Source: an uncultured Nitrospiraceae bacterium (GTDB taxonomy: Bacteria > Nitrospirota > Nitrospiria > Nitrospirales > Nitrospiraceae). From it: a DNA stretch of 64,000 nt. A program made the position numbers and the translations under genes. This document shows positions 18,850-29,149 of this stretch, piece after piece (the stretch's first letter is position 1; each line of letters opens with the position of its first letter). The notes under the pieces were generated by a model that searched no databases, had not been told where the DNA came from, and saw nothing but the letters and a program-made list of their open reading frames with translations. The stretch is from NCBI GenBank assembly GCA_963846575.1, contig CAWJWJ010000001.1, positions 1 to 64,000 on the forward strand, given 5' to 3'.

Positions 18850-21800
18850 TCAGGCGGTCAGCCGATGGTAAATCCCCGGGAGCTTCTCCGGCAACCCCTC
18901 TACCCGATCAATCACGACATATCGCACATCGCCGTACATCCGACGCAAATAGGGGTCCGCCTGCTTGTCGATGGTGATACACACAGGCTCAATGCCACGG
19001 GCGCGGGCTTCACGCAACGCCATGCGCGTATCTTCCAGCGAATATTCGTCCTTATAACCGTCATCTAGCGGGCGGCCGTCGCTGAGGATCACCAGGATCC
19101 TGGTCTTTGTCTGACGGGCAAGGAGCTTGTTCGTCGCATGCCGGATAGCGGCGCCGTCGCGGTTCTGCTGTAGCGGCACCATTCCACCCAATTTGGCCGC
19201 GGCGCGACCGGTCACGATTTCGTCAAACGCCTTCACGATCACAAAATCCACCTGATGGCGTCCTTGCCCTGAATACCCGTAGACGGCAAATTGGTCTCCG
19301 ATTGCCGTGAGCGCCTCACAGAGAAGAACCAGGCCCTCTTTTTCGATATCGATGATCCGCCGACCCTGATCGACTTGCCGACTGGTAGACCCGCTGAGAT
19401 CCACCAAAAACGCCGCGGCAACGTCGCGCTCTCGCTTTTCACGCCGTATGTACAACCGCTCCGAGGGTTCAATACCCGCGGCGAGATCGGCCAACCGACC
19501 GATGACCGCATCCATGTCCAGCTCTTCCCCATCAAGTTGGCCGGTCACACGTCGCAGCCCTGGGGGGCGAAGGCTTTCGAAATAGCGTCGCAGCAATCTC
19601 ACTGCCCCCCCCTGTGCCGACAGAGTTTGCTCGACGAAATCAGAGGGTCCCTCAGTGGCTTCACGCTCCACCACGCGGCACCAGTTCGTCCGATAATCCT
19701 GTATGGCAGCGTCCCACTCATGATACCGAACGACCCTTGCGGCTCCGGCTTGTATGTCCTCCGGCCGCGGCCCTTCGCCGTCCACCGCCAGAACCTCCTC
19801 GACGAGCGAGGGCTGACGACGACCGGGAGCCAGCACATCCTGAGAGGCTCCTTGCGAACGAGCGGTTCCGCCACGAGACGCCCCTCCGGAATCACCGGCC
19901 AGACCGGCACCGTTCTCCCCATCACCTTGAGCAGAAGCCGATGTCTGATCAGCAGCACGTTCGGTCCGGTCGCGGACCAGATCGGGATCCATTTTCCCGC
20001 GGTAGTCCCAGTTGTCCATCGGCCGGTAACTATCTGAGAGGTCTTCCGACGATCTGGGCGCAGGAAGGGACTCCTGTTGGGCCTCCGATTGATCCTGAGG
20101 CGGGACTGCTTCCCGCCTGATGGCGAGCAGTTCGTCCATACGCACATACAAAGAATCGGCCAGCCGCACGGCGTCTTCGGCGCTCGACGCCGGGCGAAGG
20201 ACTGTCTGACAGAGCTTCCAGAGCTCGTTGACCTCGTCTTGTACCACAGCAGGAATCGTGAGGGTTCCGGCCTCAGCCGTCGATAAGAGCAAAAGTTGAT
20301 CGACGACCAATTCACGCACCGTCATTCCGTGGGCAAGACTACGAATGCTGACGGCATCTTTGGCCATTGAGGCTAAATCGCGGCTCAAGCCGGGGTATTC
20401 GGTGCGCAACAGATACTCGACCCGGGCATCTTCGACGAGGGTCCAGAGATCGCGAATCAGGCCGGGGTGCGGATAATGCGCGAACACGTCTCCCAATGTG
20501 CGGGCTTTCGTTGGACTGCGACGCCCGTAACGCAGTTCGAGCAGTTCGACGAGATCCCGCAGCCTGGCGATGGGCAAATCAAAGGTGCCGAACTCCAGAT
20601 GTCCGGCCTCATGCGCAGCCATCACCATATAGAGTCGAACATTTTCGTCGAATGTCGGAAAACGCCTGATGATCGACGGCAAGCCGATGCTCTGGCCGTC
20701 CTCGCTCACCGTGGCACGAACCATCGCCTGTCCCGGCTCCAGGGAGTCCGGCAGATCGTAGATGCGCAGGTCTCTCCCACAGAGGGCTTGCGCAAACAGC
20801 TTGATGCGGCGGGCAATCTGTCGCAACGGGACGCCGCTCAAGGCTTGAGAAACCGCGCCCAACGCCTTCTCGGTCTCCATGGCAAAGTAGGCTCTGCCGC
20901 CATCGGGGCTGTACTCCAGCACCTCCATGCCGGAAGCGAACCAGGACTGGAACTTCTCCTCCGCTCCCTCCCCGGCTCCGATCAGTGCGATCAGTTCCGG
21001 ACATCGTCGTATGTACGCCAGGGTCGTCTCGGCGTCACGCTCGGAGAGCAGCAGACCATATCGAAGGGTCTGGCGCCGCCAGTCCTCGGTGGGAAGCCGC
21101 CGAAGAATCGCGGGAGCCTCCGCCAGGAGTGCAATACCTGCCTCCGGGGATCGCTCCGCCAGTTGTGCACCTACCCGAATCACGTCGTTTCGCAAAACCC
21201 GCTCCGGGATATCGTCCAAAATGGCGGGGCTCGTCCGGAAGAACTCCAACGCGCCCAGATAGTCCGGCTTCCCCAGACTGTTCTCCACGATCAGTTTCGT
21301 CCCGAACTGCACCCAGGAACGAACCCCGTCCAGTGACAAAACCCGGGCGATAGGGGGAATTTGCCGGATGTACTCAACCGCCAAGGCAAAATCGGCGTCC
21401 GCCAATTCACACGCTATTTCCATCCATGTGGACCAGTCAATCGAGGGCAAGACACCGGCCGCCTCCGGCGCGATACGGATAAATTCCACCGCCACATTGG
21501 CATTGCGATCAGCCAGCTCCAACCCAGTCTCGAGCACGGCCGTTCGTTTCGAGGCCTCGAGCAGACCGAGAAGCAACGGACTCTCCTTGAAAAATCTCAT
21601 CGCTAATGCGCCGGACTCCCCGGCAAGAGCCACCCCGAGGTCAAGCCATGGGAGAACATCCCCCAGCAGCCCTCGATGTTGCATCTCTGCCAAGGCATCG
21701 ACTGCGCTCCTGGCCGCCTTGGGTGCCTCCTCTGTGAGTTCGCCCAGCAGCACAAGGATACCGTCCAGAGCATCATGCCTGCTCACCAATTCCGAAATGC

Positions 21801-21885
21801 CATTGACCACCGCTGCAGCGGAATCCTGTCCGAGCTGCAGAGCTAATTGGTCGAGCAGTTGTTGCCGAGAGTGCGCCGAAGCCAT
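18850..21885 (-). CDS. NorD/CbbO-like vWA protein with N-terminal helical repeats
   Basis: HEAGH, EDARVE, YHEWD, DGEELDMD, MIDAS DLSGST, NRDGAAIRHA, SDGRPLD. Confidence 0.88.
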   Translation of the reverse strand: MASAHSRQQLLDQLALQLGQDSAAAVVNGISELVSRHDALDGILVLLGELTEEAPKAARSAVDALAEMQHRGLLGDVLPWLDLGVALAGESGALAMRFFKESPLLLGLLEASKRTAVLETGLELADRNANVAVEFIRIAPEAAGVLPSIDWSTWMEIACELADADFALAVEYIRQIPPIARVLSLDGVRSWVQFGTKLIVENSLGKPDYLGALEFFRTSPAILDDIPERVLRNDVIRVGAQLAERSPEAGIALLAEAPAILRRLPTEDWRRQTLRYGLLLSERDAETTLAYIRRCPELIALIGAGEGAEEKFQSWFASGMEVLEYSPDGGRAYFAMETEKALGAVSQALSGVPLRQIARRIKLFAQALCGRDLRIYDLPDSLEPGQAMVRATVSEDGQSIGLPSIIRRFPTFDENVRLYMVMAAHEAGHLEFGTFDLPIARLRDLVELLELRYGRRSPTKARTLGDVFAHYPHPGLIRDLWTLVEDARVEYLLRTEYPGLSRDLASMAKDAVSIRSLAHGMTVRELVVDQLLLLSTAEAGTLTIPAVVQDEVNELWKLCQTVLRPASSAEDAVRLADSLYVRMDELLAIRREAVPPQDQSEAQQESLPAPRSSEDLSDSYRPMDNWDYRGKMDPDLVRDRTERAADQTSASAQGDGENGAGLAGDSGGASRGGTARSQGASQDVLAPGRRQPSLVEEVLAVDGEGPRPEDIQAGAARVVRYHEWDAAIQDYRTNWCRVVEREATEGPSDFVEQTLSAQGGAVRLLRRYFESLRPPGLRRVTGQLDGEELDMDAVIGRLADLAAGIEPSERLYIRREKRERDVAAAFLVDLSGSTSRQVDQGRRIIDIEKEGLVLLCEALTAIGDQFAVYGYSGQGRHQVDFVIVKAFDEIVTGRAAAKLGGMVPLQQNRDGAAIRHATNKLLARQTKTRILVILSDGRPLDDGYKDEYSLEDTRMALREARARGIEPVCITIDKQADPYLRRMYGDVRYVVIDRVEGLPEKLPGIYHRLTA

Positions 21886-22018
21886 AGAGCCATCGTCCTA
21901 TTTTGGCGGAAGTTGTGGATTGTAAAGGACACAATTTCGCTTGTAAACTGTGTCGTAGGGTGCGGGCAACGCTCTTGAGAGCAACTTATTAGGGTGCGAA
22001 TGTCACGCGGGGGACTGG

Positions 22019-22462
22019 ATGACTGAGCCGAGCAAAGAAAGTCTCGACAAAATGTGGAAGTATGTAAAGGGCTTTGCCGAGAAGAGCGGCACGGCCATGC
22101 ATCCGAATCCGGCGGTTACTAATGCGGTGGTGCAGGGCCTCGCCGCTCACGTCGACGAGCTGGGCAAACCTTTATGCCCCTGCAACTTTTACCCGGACAA
22201 GCAGGCCGAAGCCAAGCTGAGACGCTGGATGTGCGCTTGCGACGAAATGCAGATTTATAAGTACTGCCATTGCCTGCTCTTCGTCCGAGAGGACGGCATG
22301 CCGATCACGGAGTATCTGCCTGAAGACCATGAAGGCCGCCAATGTTACGGCCTCATCACCGATCCGACTCCCGAGAAAGGCCGAGCACTCCGGCACAAGG
22401 CGCTTCCCATGGCGCCCAAAGATGCCCCCCCGGCCCCCTCAGATCCCGCCGCCCAGCCGTGA
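22019..22462 (+). CDS. ftrC: Ferredoxin:thioredoxin reductase catalytic subunit
   Basis: PLCPC..CAC..YCHCLLF. Confidence 0.85.
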   Translation: MTEPSKESLDKMWKYVKGFAEKSGTAMHPNPAVTNAVVQGLAAHVDELGKPLCPCNFYPDKQAEAKLRRWMCACDEMQIYKYCHCLLFVREDGMPITEYLPEDHEGRQCYGLITDPTPEKGRALRHKALPMAPKDAPPAPSDPAAQP

Positions 22463-23706
22463 AACCGGGTATTCGGGTTGCGCCGCATCACTGTTTCTCT
22501 TTCCTTGCTCCGCTCTTCTTGCTGCTGTCCTGTCTGGCCGTTACCGGCTGCTTGAGCACGATGGAGGCAGTCGACCCACGGTTCCTGCCGATCACGACAG
22601 CCTCTGGCCAACACCTACAACAGCATGTGGCTTTCCTGGCCAGTCCGGAACTCATGGGCCGCCGGCCTGGCACACCGGGCAATCGGCAAGCGGCCAGCTA
22701 CATCGAAGACCAGTTCCGGGCGGTCGGACTCCGCCCCCTGCCATCTCTTGGCGGCTATCGACAGGTCATCTCACCACAAATCGGCGACAACCTGATCGGC
22801 TTCCTGCCCCCGGCGTCCGGTGATGGCTCCGTCCGCTGGATCGTGATCGGCGCTCACTATGACCATCTTGGCTATCCGTTCCTCGGCGCGGACGACAATG
22901 CTTCATCCGTCGCCATTCTCATTGAAACCGCGCGGAACATGGCGGACCTGTCCCGGTACGGAATCATGTTCGTCGCATTCAATAGCGAGGAATCACCGTT
23001 CTTCGGTACAGCTGAGATGGGATCTGAGTACTTATTCCAGCATCTGCCGAAGGAAATCGGCGACGCGAGCAATCTCCAGGCCGTGATCATCATGGACCTT
23101 ATGGGTGGCGTGCAATGGGCTCCGATACAAGACGCGATTTTTGCCACCGGCGCCGAAAAAAGTCCTGAGTTATACCAGCGATTCCGTAAGGCGGTCGTGC
23201 CGCGACTCATGGTCCTTCCGGTTGGAATCCACCTCGTCGAGGAAATTCCTGAACAGGGCCATAAAGCCTTCAGCGACTACGACGTCTTTCGCAATCATGG
23301 GCTGCCGTTTCTCTTTCTCTCCGCCGGGCGCACCCCGCGGTACCACACACCGGGAGACGTCGCCAGCACCTTGCATTACGACCGCATGGCCGCAACCGTC
23401 GAATGGCTACGCCGCCTCTTCACCCTGATAGATCAGGATGAGGCACCCTACAGCTTTGATGCACGTCGTGTGGAGTTCGCTGATGAGGTCGCGTCATTCC
23501 GGAAGATCGTCGATCTGGCCTCACAGGACCCGACGCTCATTCCCGGCACCTCGCGATGGTCGCTGAAGAAATTGAAGACGGATGCGGAGTGGCTGCAGAA
23601 CGTCGACAGCTCAGTGCCGACACCTCAAAAACTGGATCGGTTGGAACGGATTTCGATACGCGTGCAGTGCCTGTTGGCCGATTACTCGGGCTGCTTTACC
23701 TTCTGA
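22459..23706 (+). CDS. M28 family peptidase, probable lipoprotein
   Basis: GAHYDH, GADDNASS, NSEE, SDY, YHT; lipobox-like VTGC. Confidence 0.85.
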   Translation: MKPGIRVAPHHCFSFLAPLFLLLSCLAVTGCLSTMEAVDPRFLPITTASGQHLQQHVAFLASPELMGRRPGTPGNRQAASYIEDQFRAVGLRPLPSLGGYRQVISPQIGDNLIGFLPPASGDGSVRWIVIGAHYDHLGYPFLGADDNASSVAILIETARNMADLSRYGIMFVAFNSEESPFFGTAEMGSEYLFQHLPKEIGDASNLQAVIIMDLMGGVQWAPIQDAIFATGAEKSPELYQRFRKAVVPRLMVLPVGIHLVEEIPEQGHKAFSDYDVFRNHGLPFLFLSAGRTPRYHTPGDVASTLHYDRMAATVEWLRRLFTLIDQDEAPYSFDARRVEFADEVASFRKIVDLASQDPTLIPGTSRWSLKKLKTDAEWLQNVDSSVPTPQKLDRLERISIRVQCLLADYSGCFTF

Positions 23707-23744
23707 CCCTTCTCTACAGCACACCCGTTCCGTGACAGGTTCAT

Positions 23745-24176
23745 TCATTGCCAACCGGCAGTTTCGTATCCCTTTTCCTTGAGGCAGCGTTCGACAAAAG
23801 ATGCGTAGTCCTGCTGCGGCTCCAACGGCCTATAGGTGCCGGCAAGTAGACCCAGCACCCCGCCGACCGCTCCTCCCGCCGCCGCACCGATTGCCATACC
23901 CGTCGGGCCACCGATCAGCCCGGTAGACGCTCCCACGGCCGCCCCGCCGACGACGCCCAACGCGATGCCGGCACCCGCATTCCCACTGCGGTTCGTCCCA
24001 TGCCTGAGCCCGGCGCGCTCAGCCTTCACTCCGCACACTGCCACCTCTTGCGCGGCCATCTCCTTGCCATACAGTTGCAGTTTTGCATTGGACCTGAGAA
24101 CGGGCTCAGGCCCCGCACAGGCTACCAGGCCGACCGCGAGCAGCAGCATGATCACCGAGGAGCGAACAGCCCTCAC
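23745..24176 (-). CDS. Glycine-zipper lipoprotein
   Basis: LVAC lipobox, GxxxG repeats, C-terminal RCLKEKGYETAGWQ. Confidence 0.8.
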   Translation of the reverse strand: MRAVRSSVIMLLLAVGLVACAGPEPVLRSNAKLQLYGKEMAAQEVAVCGVKAERAGLRHGTNRSGNAGAGIALGVVGGAAVGASTGLIGGPTGMAIGAAAGGAVGGVLGLLAGTYRPLEPQQDYASFVERCLKEKGYETAGWQ

Positions 24177-24240
24177 TCCCGACCCTCTCTGAATGAGCAG
24201 CAGTTGAGGGCATCGTGGGGAATTGAACCTGCGCGCTGCG

Positions 24241-24684
24241 TTATTGCCATCCGGCCACCTCGTATCCCTTTTCCTGCAGACAGCGATTCACAAGATTCAC
24301 GTAGGCCTCGCTCGGCTGCTGTTGTCCCGATGTGAAGAGGCCGCTCAGGAATCCCCACAGAGCACCGCTGATAGCTCCTACCGCCGCGCCGATTCCGGAG
24401 CCGCCCGTGATGGCGCCGCCCACTGCTCCTCCCGCGGCTCCCACTCCGGCCCCGACGGCGGTGCTGGTGGCGACTTGCGCGCCTTTCCCGGTCCCCTCTC
24501 TGGCTCCGGCCACCTCGGCCTGCTCCCGGCACAGGCTGAGATCCTCCTCAGCCTGTGCCGCCCCGGCTTGCTCGTAGTGCTGGTTCGGCTGGAAAATCGG
24601 CTGGGGACCCGTACAGCCTGACGTGGCCATGGCCAGAGCCATCGTCACGGCTAGGAATTCTGTGTTGCGCGGTGATGCCATCAA
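24241..24684 (-). CDS. Glycine-zipper lipoprotein (paralog of the neighbour)
   Basis: TSGC lipobox, GxxxG repeats, RCLQEKGYEVAGWQ. Confidence 0.8.
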   Translation of the reverse strand: MMASPRNTEFLAVTMALAMATSGCTGPQPIFQPNQHYEQAGAAQAEEDLSLCREQAEVAGAREGTGKGAQVATSTAVGAGVGAAGGAVGGAITGGSGIGAAVGAISGALWGFLSGLFTSGQQQPSEAYVNLVNRCLQEKGYEVAGWQ

Positions 24685-24694
24685 TCAACTTTCG

Positions 24695-25014
24695 TCATTC
24701 GGCCTGGAGTCGTTGGAGCACTGCTCCGGCTGACTGTCCGCTCACACATCCACGTTTCTTTCTACTACCCATCCCGCTCACTATCTGTGCCGCGTTGAGC
24801 GCCACGCCGCATTGTCTGGCGAGGAACCGACATAACTCGACATCGGCGGCACCGTCAGCCGGAGGTGCGGACGCTCGAAGCTTGAGCGCGCCACCATGGA
24901 TACCGACGGATGCCGACGCATTCGGTGCGGGTAGCCTGGTTGCACATGCACTGAGATGACGACTCCCCCCGACATTGCGCCAATGACTGATTTCCATGCT
25001 GTGGCTGTGGTCAC
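24695..25014 (-). pseudogene. Disrupted DUF167/YggU family gene
   Basis: VISVHVQP / ATRTECVGI / VGIHGGALKLRASAPPADGAAD lie in different frames; 10-bp tandem duplication at 24899-24918. Confidence 0.7.
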
Positions 25015-25084
25015 CCGGTCGGATTGGAGCGGGTCACGGAATTTCCTCTAGCAGTCTGACTCTGGTGGCGAATGGCTGCGCCGC

Positions 25085-25924
25085 TCAGAACATCGCCTTC
25101 ACGACCTCGACGATGCTGCGCAGCATGTCCGGATCGTCAGTGATCGGGCGAGCAATGGCGACTTCACAGGCTCGGTCCGGCGGGACACCCTGTTTGATCA
25201 ACAGGGCCGCATAGATCAGCAGCCTGGTACTGACACCCTCTTCCAACCCGTGATTCTTGAGGTTTCTGACCTTCTGAGCGATCTTGACGAGCCGCTGCGC
25301 AATATCAGGGCTCACCCCGGCTTCGTGCGCCACGACCCGCCCCTCGATGTCCGGGAGAGGATACTCGAACTCAATCGCCATGAACCGCTGCTTCGTGCTC
25401 TGCTTGAGGTCTTTCAGAATACTCTGATATCCCGGGTTATACGAAATGACCAGCATGAAGTCATCGACCGCTTCGATGACTTGGCCTTTCTTTTCGAGGG
25501 GTAGTAGCCGCCGGTCGTCGCTCAGCGGATGAATGATGACCGTCGTATCTTTGCGGGCCTCGACGATTTCATCCAGGTACACGATGGCCCCATGTTTGAC
25601 CCCGAGGGTCAACGGACCATCCATCCAGAAAGTCTCTTGCCCCTTTAACAAATAACGCCCGACAAGATCGGACGCGGTGAGGTCTTCGTGGCAGGCCACC
25701 GTGATAAGCGGGCGACCCAGACGATGGGCCATGTGTTGCACGAACCGCGTTTTACCGCAACCGGTCGGCCCTTTCAGCATCACCGGCATGCGAGTCTGCG
25801 CGGCAATCGTAAACAGACCGATCTCACCGCGAACCTCGGCATAGAACGGTTCGCTCGCGATACGATAGCGATCGATGTCCAGTTCCTGCCCTTTCAAAAC
25901 CGAAGTCACACGCCCCTCGTTCAT
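25085..25924 (-). CDS. CbbQ/NirQ/NorQ family AAA+ ATPase
   Basis: [49 protein letters not shown]. Confidence 0.93.
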   Translation of the reverse strand: MNEGRVTSVLKGQELDIDRYRIASEPFYAEVRGEIGLFTIAAQTRMPVMLKGPTGCGKTRFVQHMAHRLGRPLITVACHEDLTASDLVGRYLLKGQETFWMDGPLTLGVKHGAIVYLDEIVEARKDTTVIIHPLSDDRRLLPLEKKGQVIEAVDDFMLVISYNPGYQSILKDLKQSTKQRFMAIEFEYPLPDIEGRVVAHEAGVSPDIAQRLVKIAQKVRNLKNHGLEEGVSTRLLIYAALLIKQGVPPDRACEVAIARPITDDPDMLRSIVEVVKAMF

Positions 25925-26045
25925 GGCCGGTACCCCCGCGTTGCCTATCATGAGCCGCGGTCGTCACGATAAACGGAAATGAACCGGAAGTTCAAGCCGC
26001 GCGAGGATGGGGGAAGCAGCATCATCGTCCGCGCCGGCACCTCCG

Positions 26046-29000
26046 TCAGACGACGGCCGAGCGGTCGAGTACTTCTCGAACTTTTTGAGCCAGTGTGCTG
26101 GGGGTGAAGGGCTTCTGCAGGAATGAATGCTCGGTATCGATGCCGCCCTTGGAAAAGGCCGGGTGATCCGGATAGCCCGACATATACAGCACCTTGACCT
26201 CCGGACGAACCGTGGCCAGTTTCTCGGCGACTTCCGGACCGCTCATCTGTGGCATCACGACATCGGTTAAGAGCAAATGAATGGGTCCGGCATGTTTGGC
26301 GCCGGTCAACAATGCCTCGATCCCATGCCGGGCCTCCAAGACGGTGTAGCCGTGCAGGCGAAGCGTTTCGTTGACGAGCCGGCGCACGCCTGGCTCATCT
26401 TCCACGAGCAGCACCGTTTCCCGTCCTTTGACTGAATCACCGCCGACCGTAGAGGCTTCAGCGCCCTGGCTCGCACCTTCAACTCGCGGGAAGTAAATTT
26501 TGAAGGTGGCCCCCCGTCCCGGTTTGCTCTCAACTTCAATACACCCCCCGCTTTGTTTCACGATTCCGTAGACGGTCGAGAGCCCGAGCCCCGTGCCCTT
26601 CCCCTTTTCCTTCGTCGTAAAAAACGGCTCAAAGACATGCGATTGCGTATCTTCATCCATCCCATGGCCCGTATCCCGAACGATCAATGCGATATACGCA
26701 CCCGGTTCGGCCCCCATGGGTGGACGATTCCTCCGCTGCCCAAACTGCACGTTGCTGGTTTCCACCGTGAGCCGGCCGCCGCTTGGCATCGCATCGCGGG
26801 CATTGACGGCCAGGTTCATGATGACCTGCTCCACCTGCCCGGGATCGGCCTTTAGTTGTCCCAGATCGGGATCCAGGACCGTGCAGAGTTCGACAATGTC
26901 CTCTCCCAACAGCCGCCGAAGCATCCCTTCCATATTATGAATCACCGCATTCAGGTCCAACACTTTCGGAGCGATGAATTGCCGGCGGCTGAAGGCCAGG
27001 AGCTGTCCGGTCAGGCCGGACGCGCGATCAGCCGCCTTCTTCACCTCTTCCAGTTCCTTCCGAAACGCATCGGTTGGAGCAAGACGGCTCAATACCAGCT
27101 CACTGTATCCTCGAATGACGGTCAGCATGTTGTTGAAATCGTGGGCCACGCCGCCGGCCAGCCGTCCAACGGCTTCCATCTTTTGCGACTGCTGCAACTG
27201 CGCCTCGGTGCGTCGAAGCGCATCCTCCGCCCGCGCCCGCTCGCCGAACTGTCCGATCTTCAGCCCGACGTCGGCAACCATCTTCAACAGCTGCTCATCC
27301 GGCTCCTTGATCTCGCGGCGGAACAATTCGATCACGCCCTCGACTTCGGTACCGACCCGAATGGGAAATCCGAAGGCTCCATGCAAACCCACCCTCGCTG
27401 CGGCGCCGCCACGCGGGAAATTCGCTTCATGCACGACATCGATAATCCAGGTCGGTTGCCCGGCCTGCCAAATCCGTCCCGGCAAACCTTTGCCGAGGGC
27501 AAAGGTATGCTGCCAGGTCGAGAGAACAAATTCTTCGGCGTTCAAACCGGGCAATTGCCAAACGTCGAGACAACGGAGCACACTTCCCTGCCGGTCAAGG
27601 CGCCAGAAGACCCCCAACTCCCATTCCAAACTTTCGCAGATGGCCTGAAGGATTTTCGGCCCCGCCTCTTCGAGCGTACGAGACTCCGCCAGGACCCGCG
27701 TGACGGCGTATTGCGAGGCCAACTGGCGCTCCGTGCGTTTCCGGGAGGTGATATCCCGGATGAACGCGCTGAAAATGTAGGCGTCGCCAAGTCTGGCAGG
27801 AGAGATGGTAATCTCAACGGGGAATTCGTGCCCGTCGCGGTGAGTGCCGAGCATCTCAATTCGCCGGTTAAGAATTCCTCCCTCGCCCGTTTTCAGAAAA
27901 TGATGCAAGCCGCGCTCATGCGCCTCCCGTGCGCGAGCAGGTATGACGGTCTCCGAGACGCGACGACCGAGGGCTTCCTCGCGCTGCCACCCGAAAATGT
28001 TGACTGCCTGAGCATTCCAATCCGTGATAATCCCGGCCGCATCCATGGAGATCACGGCATCCAACGCCGTGTCGACGATGACGCGGTTACGTTCCTGGCT
28101 CTGCAGCAGCGCCGCCTCGGCTGCCCGCGCCCACTCACTCTCCTGCTGCGCCTGGCGGTGCTGATCACGCAACCGTCCCGTGGCCCACAACAATAATCCC
28201 ACCATCGGGAACCAGACAACCACGCCGGCAATGCCCAGCTTCCACATCATGGCGCGAATCGGCAGCAGAATGACGTCCCGATCCATGCGCAAGAGAATCG
28301 TCCACTGCAAGCCGGTGTACCCGCTGTACCCGTTGGTCTGGGCATACCCCGTCACGACCGGCACCTGGCGCCGCGCATGAACTTCTTCGATATACCCTGC
28401 CTTGCCAGACCCGCTGAGCATTGCGGACGACAAACCCATCTGCTTCAAATTGACCCGATCGACATCGGCGAAGGCGGAATCCACAAACACCAGGCCTTCT
28501 TTGGTCAAGAACTGATACTCGAAGGGACCTGAGATTCCGTCGGTATGCTGAATCTCGCGCACGGTTTCCAGGAGCACGTCCTCGAGTCTCGCCAGCCCGA
28601 CTCGTGATGTCACGACGCCGATGAACGCCCCCTGCGCATCCAGGATGGGAGCCGTAAACGCGACCGATTCGATCTTATGATTCGATTCATGGATTTCGAC
28701 TTCATCCACCCGCACTAACCCCGTCCGACGCACCCCGTCGAACCAGGCGGTGCGCGCGACATCCTGGCCGACCATTGCCGGTTCCGTGGCCACGACCATG
28801 CGTCCCTGCGCATCGGCCACGCCCAACCAGAGATAGACGGGCGCATAATTTTCCTTGGTCCATCGCACATATTCGCCGAGATAGTCTTTATCGAGGGTCC
28901 GGCCCGAGAAGGCGCGAGCCAGCATACGGACATCGCCGTGCCGCTCGAACATTAAGCGATCGAGCTTATCCGCGATTTCAGCCGATGCCAGCGTGAGATT

Positions 29001-29147
29001 TTCTCCGGTTGCCTCGACCATTCGCACTTCGATCGACCGGAGCATGACCAAGCCGATGACAAACGCGACGATCGTCATGCCGACGATCAAGACGGGCAGC
29101 CAGGGGTACGAACGTCGGTATGACGCAGGTGGCGAGGAGGCGGACAT
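26046..29147 (-). CDS. Hybrid sensor histidine kinase (Cache-PAS-GAF-HisKA-HATPase-REC)
   Basis: Two TM segments around a periplasmic domain, PAS, GAF, AHDFNNML, NARDA, FTTKEKGKGTGLGL, LLVEDE..TDVVMP. Confidence 0.93.
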   Translation of the reverse strand: MSASSPPASYRRSYPWLPVLIVGMTIVAFVIGLVMLRSIEVRMVEATGENLTLASAEIADKLDRLMFERHGDVRMLARAFSGRTLDKDYLGEYVRWTKENYAPVYLWLGVADAQGRMVVATEPAMVGQDVARTAWFDGVRRTGLVRVDEVEIHESNHKIESVAFTAPILDAQGAFIGVVTSRVGLARLEDVLLETVREIQHTDGISGPFEYQFLTKEGLVFVDSAFADVDRVNLKQMGLSSAMLSGSGKAGYIEEVHARRQVPVVTGYAQTNGYSGYTGLQWTILLRMDRDVILLPIRAMMWKLGIAGVVVWFPMVGLLLWATGRLRDQHRQAQQESEWARAAEAALLQSQERNRVIVDTALDAVISMDAAGIITDWNAQAVNIFGWQREEALGRRVSETVIPARAREAHERGLHHFLKTGEGGILNRRIEMLGTHRDGHEFPVEITISPARLGDAYIFSAFIRDITSRKRTERQLASQYAVTRVLAESRTLEEAGPKILQAICESLEWELGVFWRLDRQGSVLRCLDVWQLPGLNAEEFVLSTWQHTFALGKGLPGRIWQAGQPTWIIDVVHEANFPRGGAAARVGLHGAFGFPIRVGTEVEGVIELFRREIKEPDEQLLKMVADVGLKIGQFGERARAEDALRRTEAQLQQSQKMEAVGRLAGGVAHDFNNMLTVIRGYSELVLSRLAPTDAFRKELEEVKKAADRASGLTGQLLAFSRRQFIAPKVLDLNAVIHNMEGMLRRLLGEDIVELCTVLDPDLGQLKADPGQVEQVIMNLAVNARDAMPSGGRLTVETSNVQFGQRRNRPPMGAEPGAYIALIVRDTGHGMDEDTQSHVFEPFFTTKEKGKGTGLGLSTVYGIVKQSGGCIEVESKPGRGATFKIYFPRVEGASQGAEASTVGGDSVKGRETVLLVEDEPGVRRLVNETLRLHGYTVLEARHGIEALLTGAKHAGPIHLLLTDVVMPQMSGPEVAEKLATVRPEVKVLYMSGYPDHPAFSKGGIDTEHSFLQKPFTPSTLAQKVREVLDRSAVV

Positions 29148-29149
29148 AG

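Noticed and set aside
26856..28196. 446-aa antisense ORF and other long shadow ORFs (e.g. 20467..21336, 32777..33637, 57727..58626)
   Set aside because: They lie opposite well-supported genes in GC-rich DNA and have no recognisable motifs
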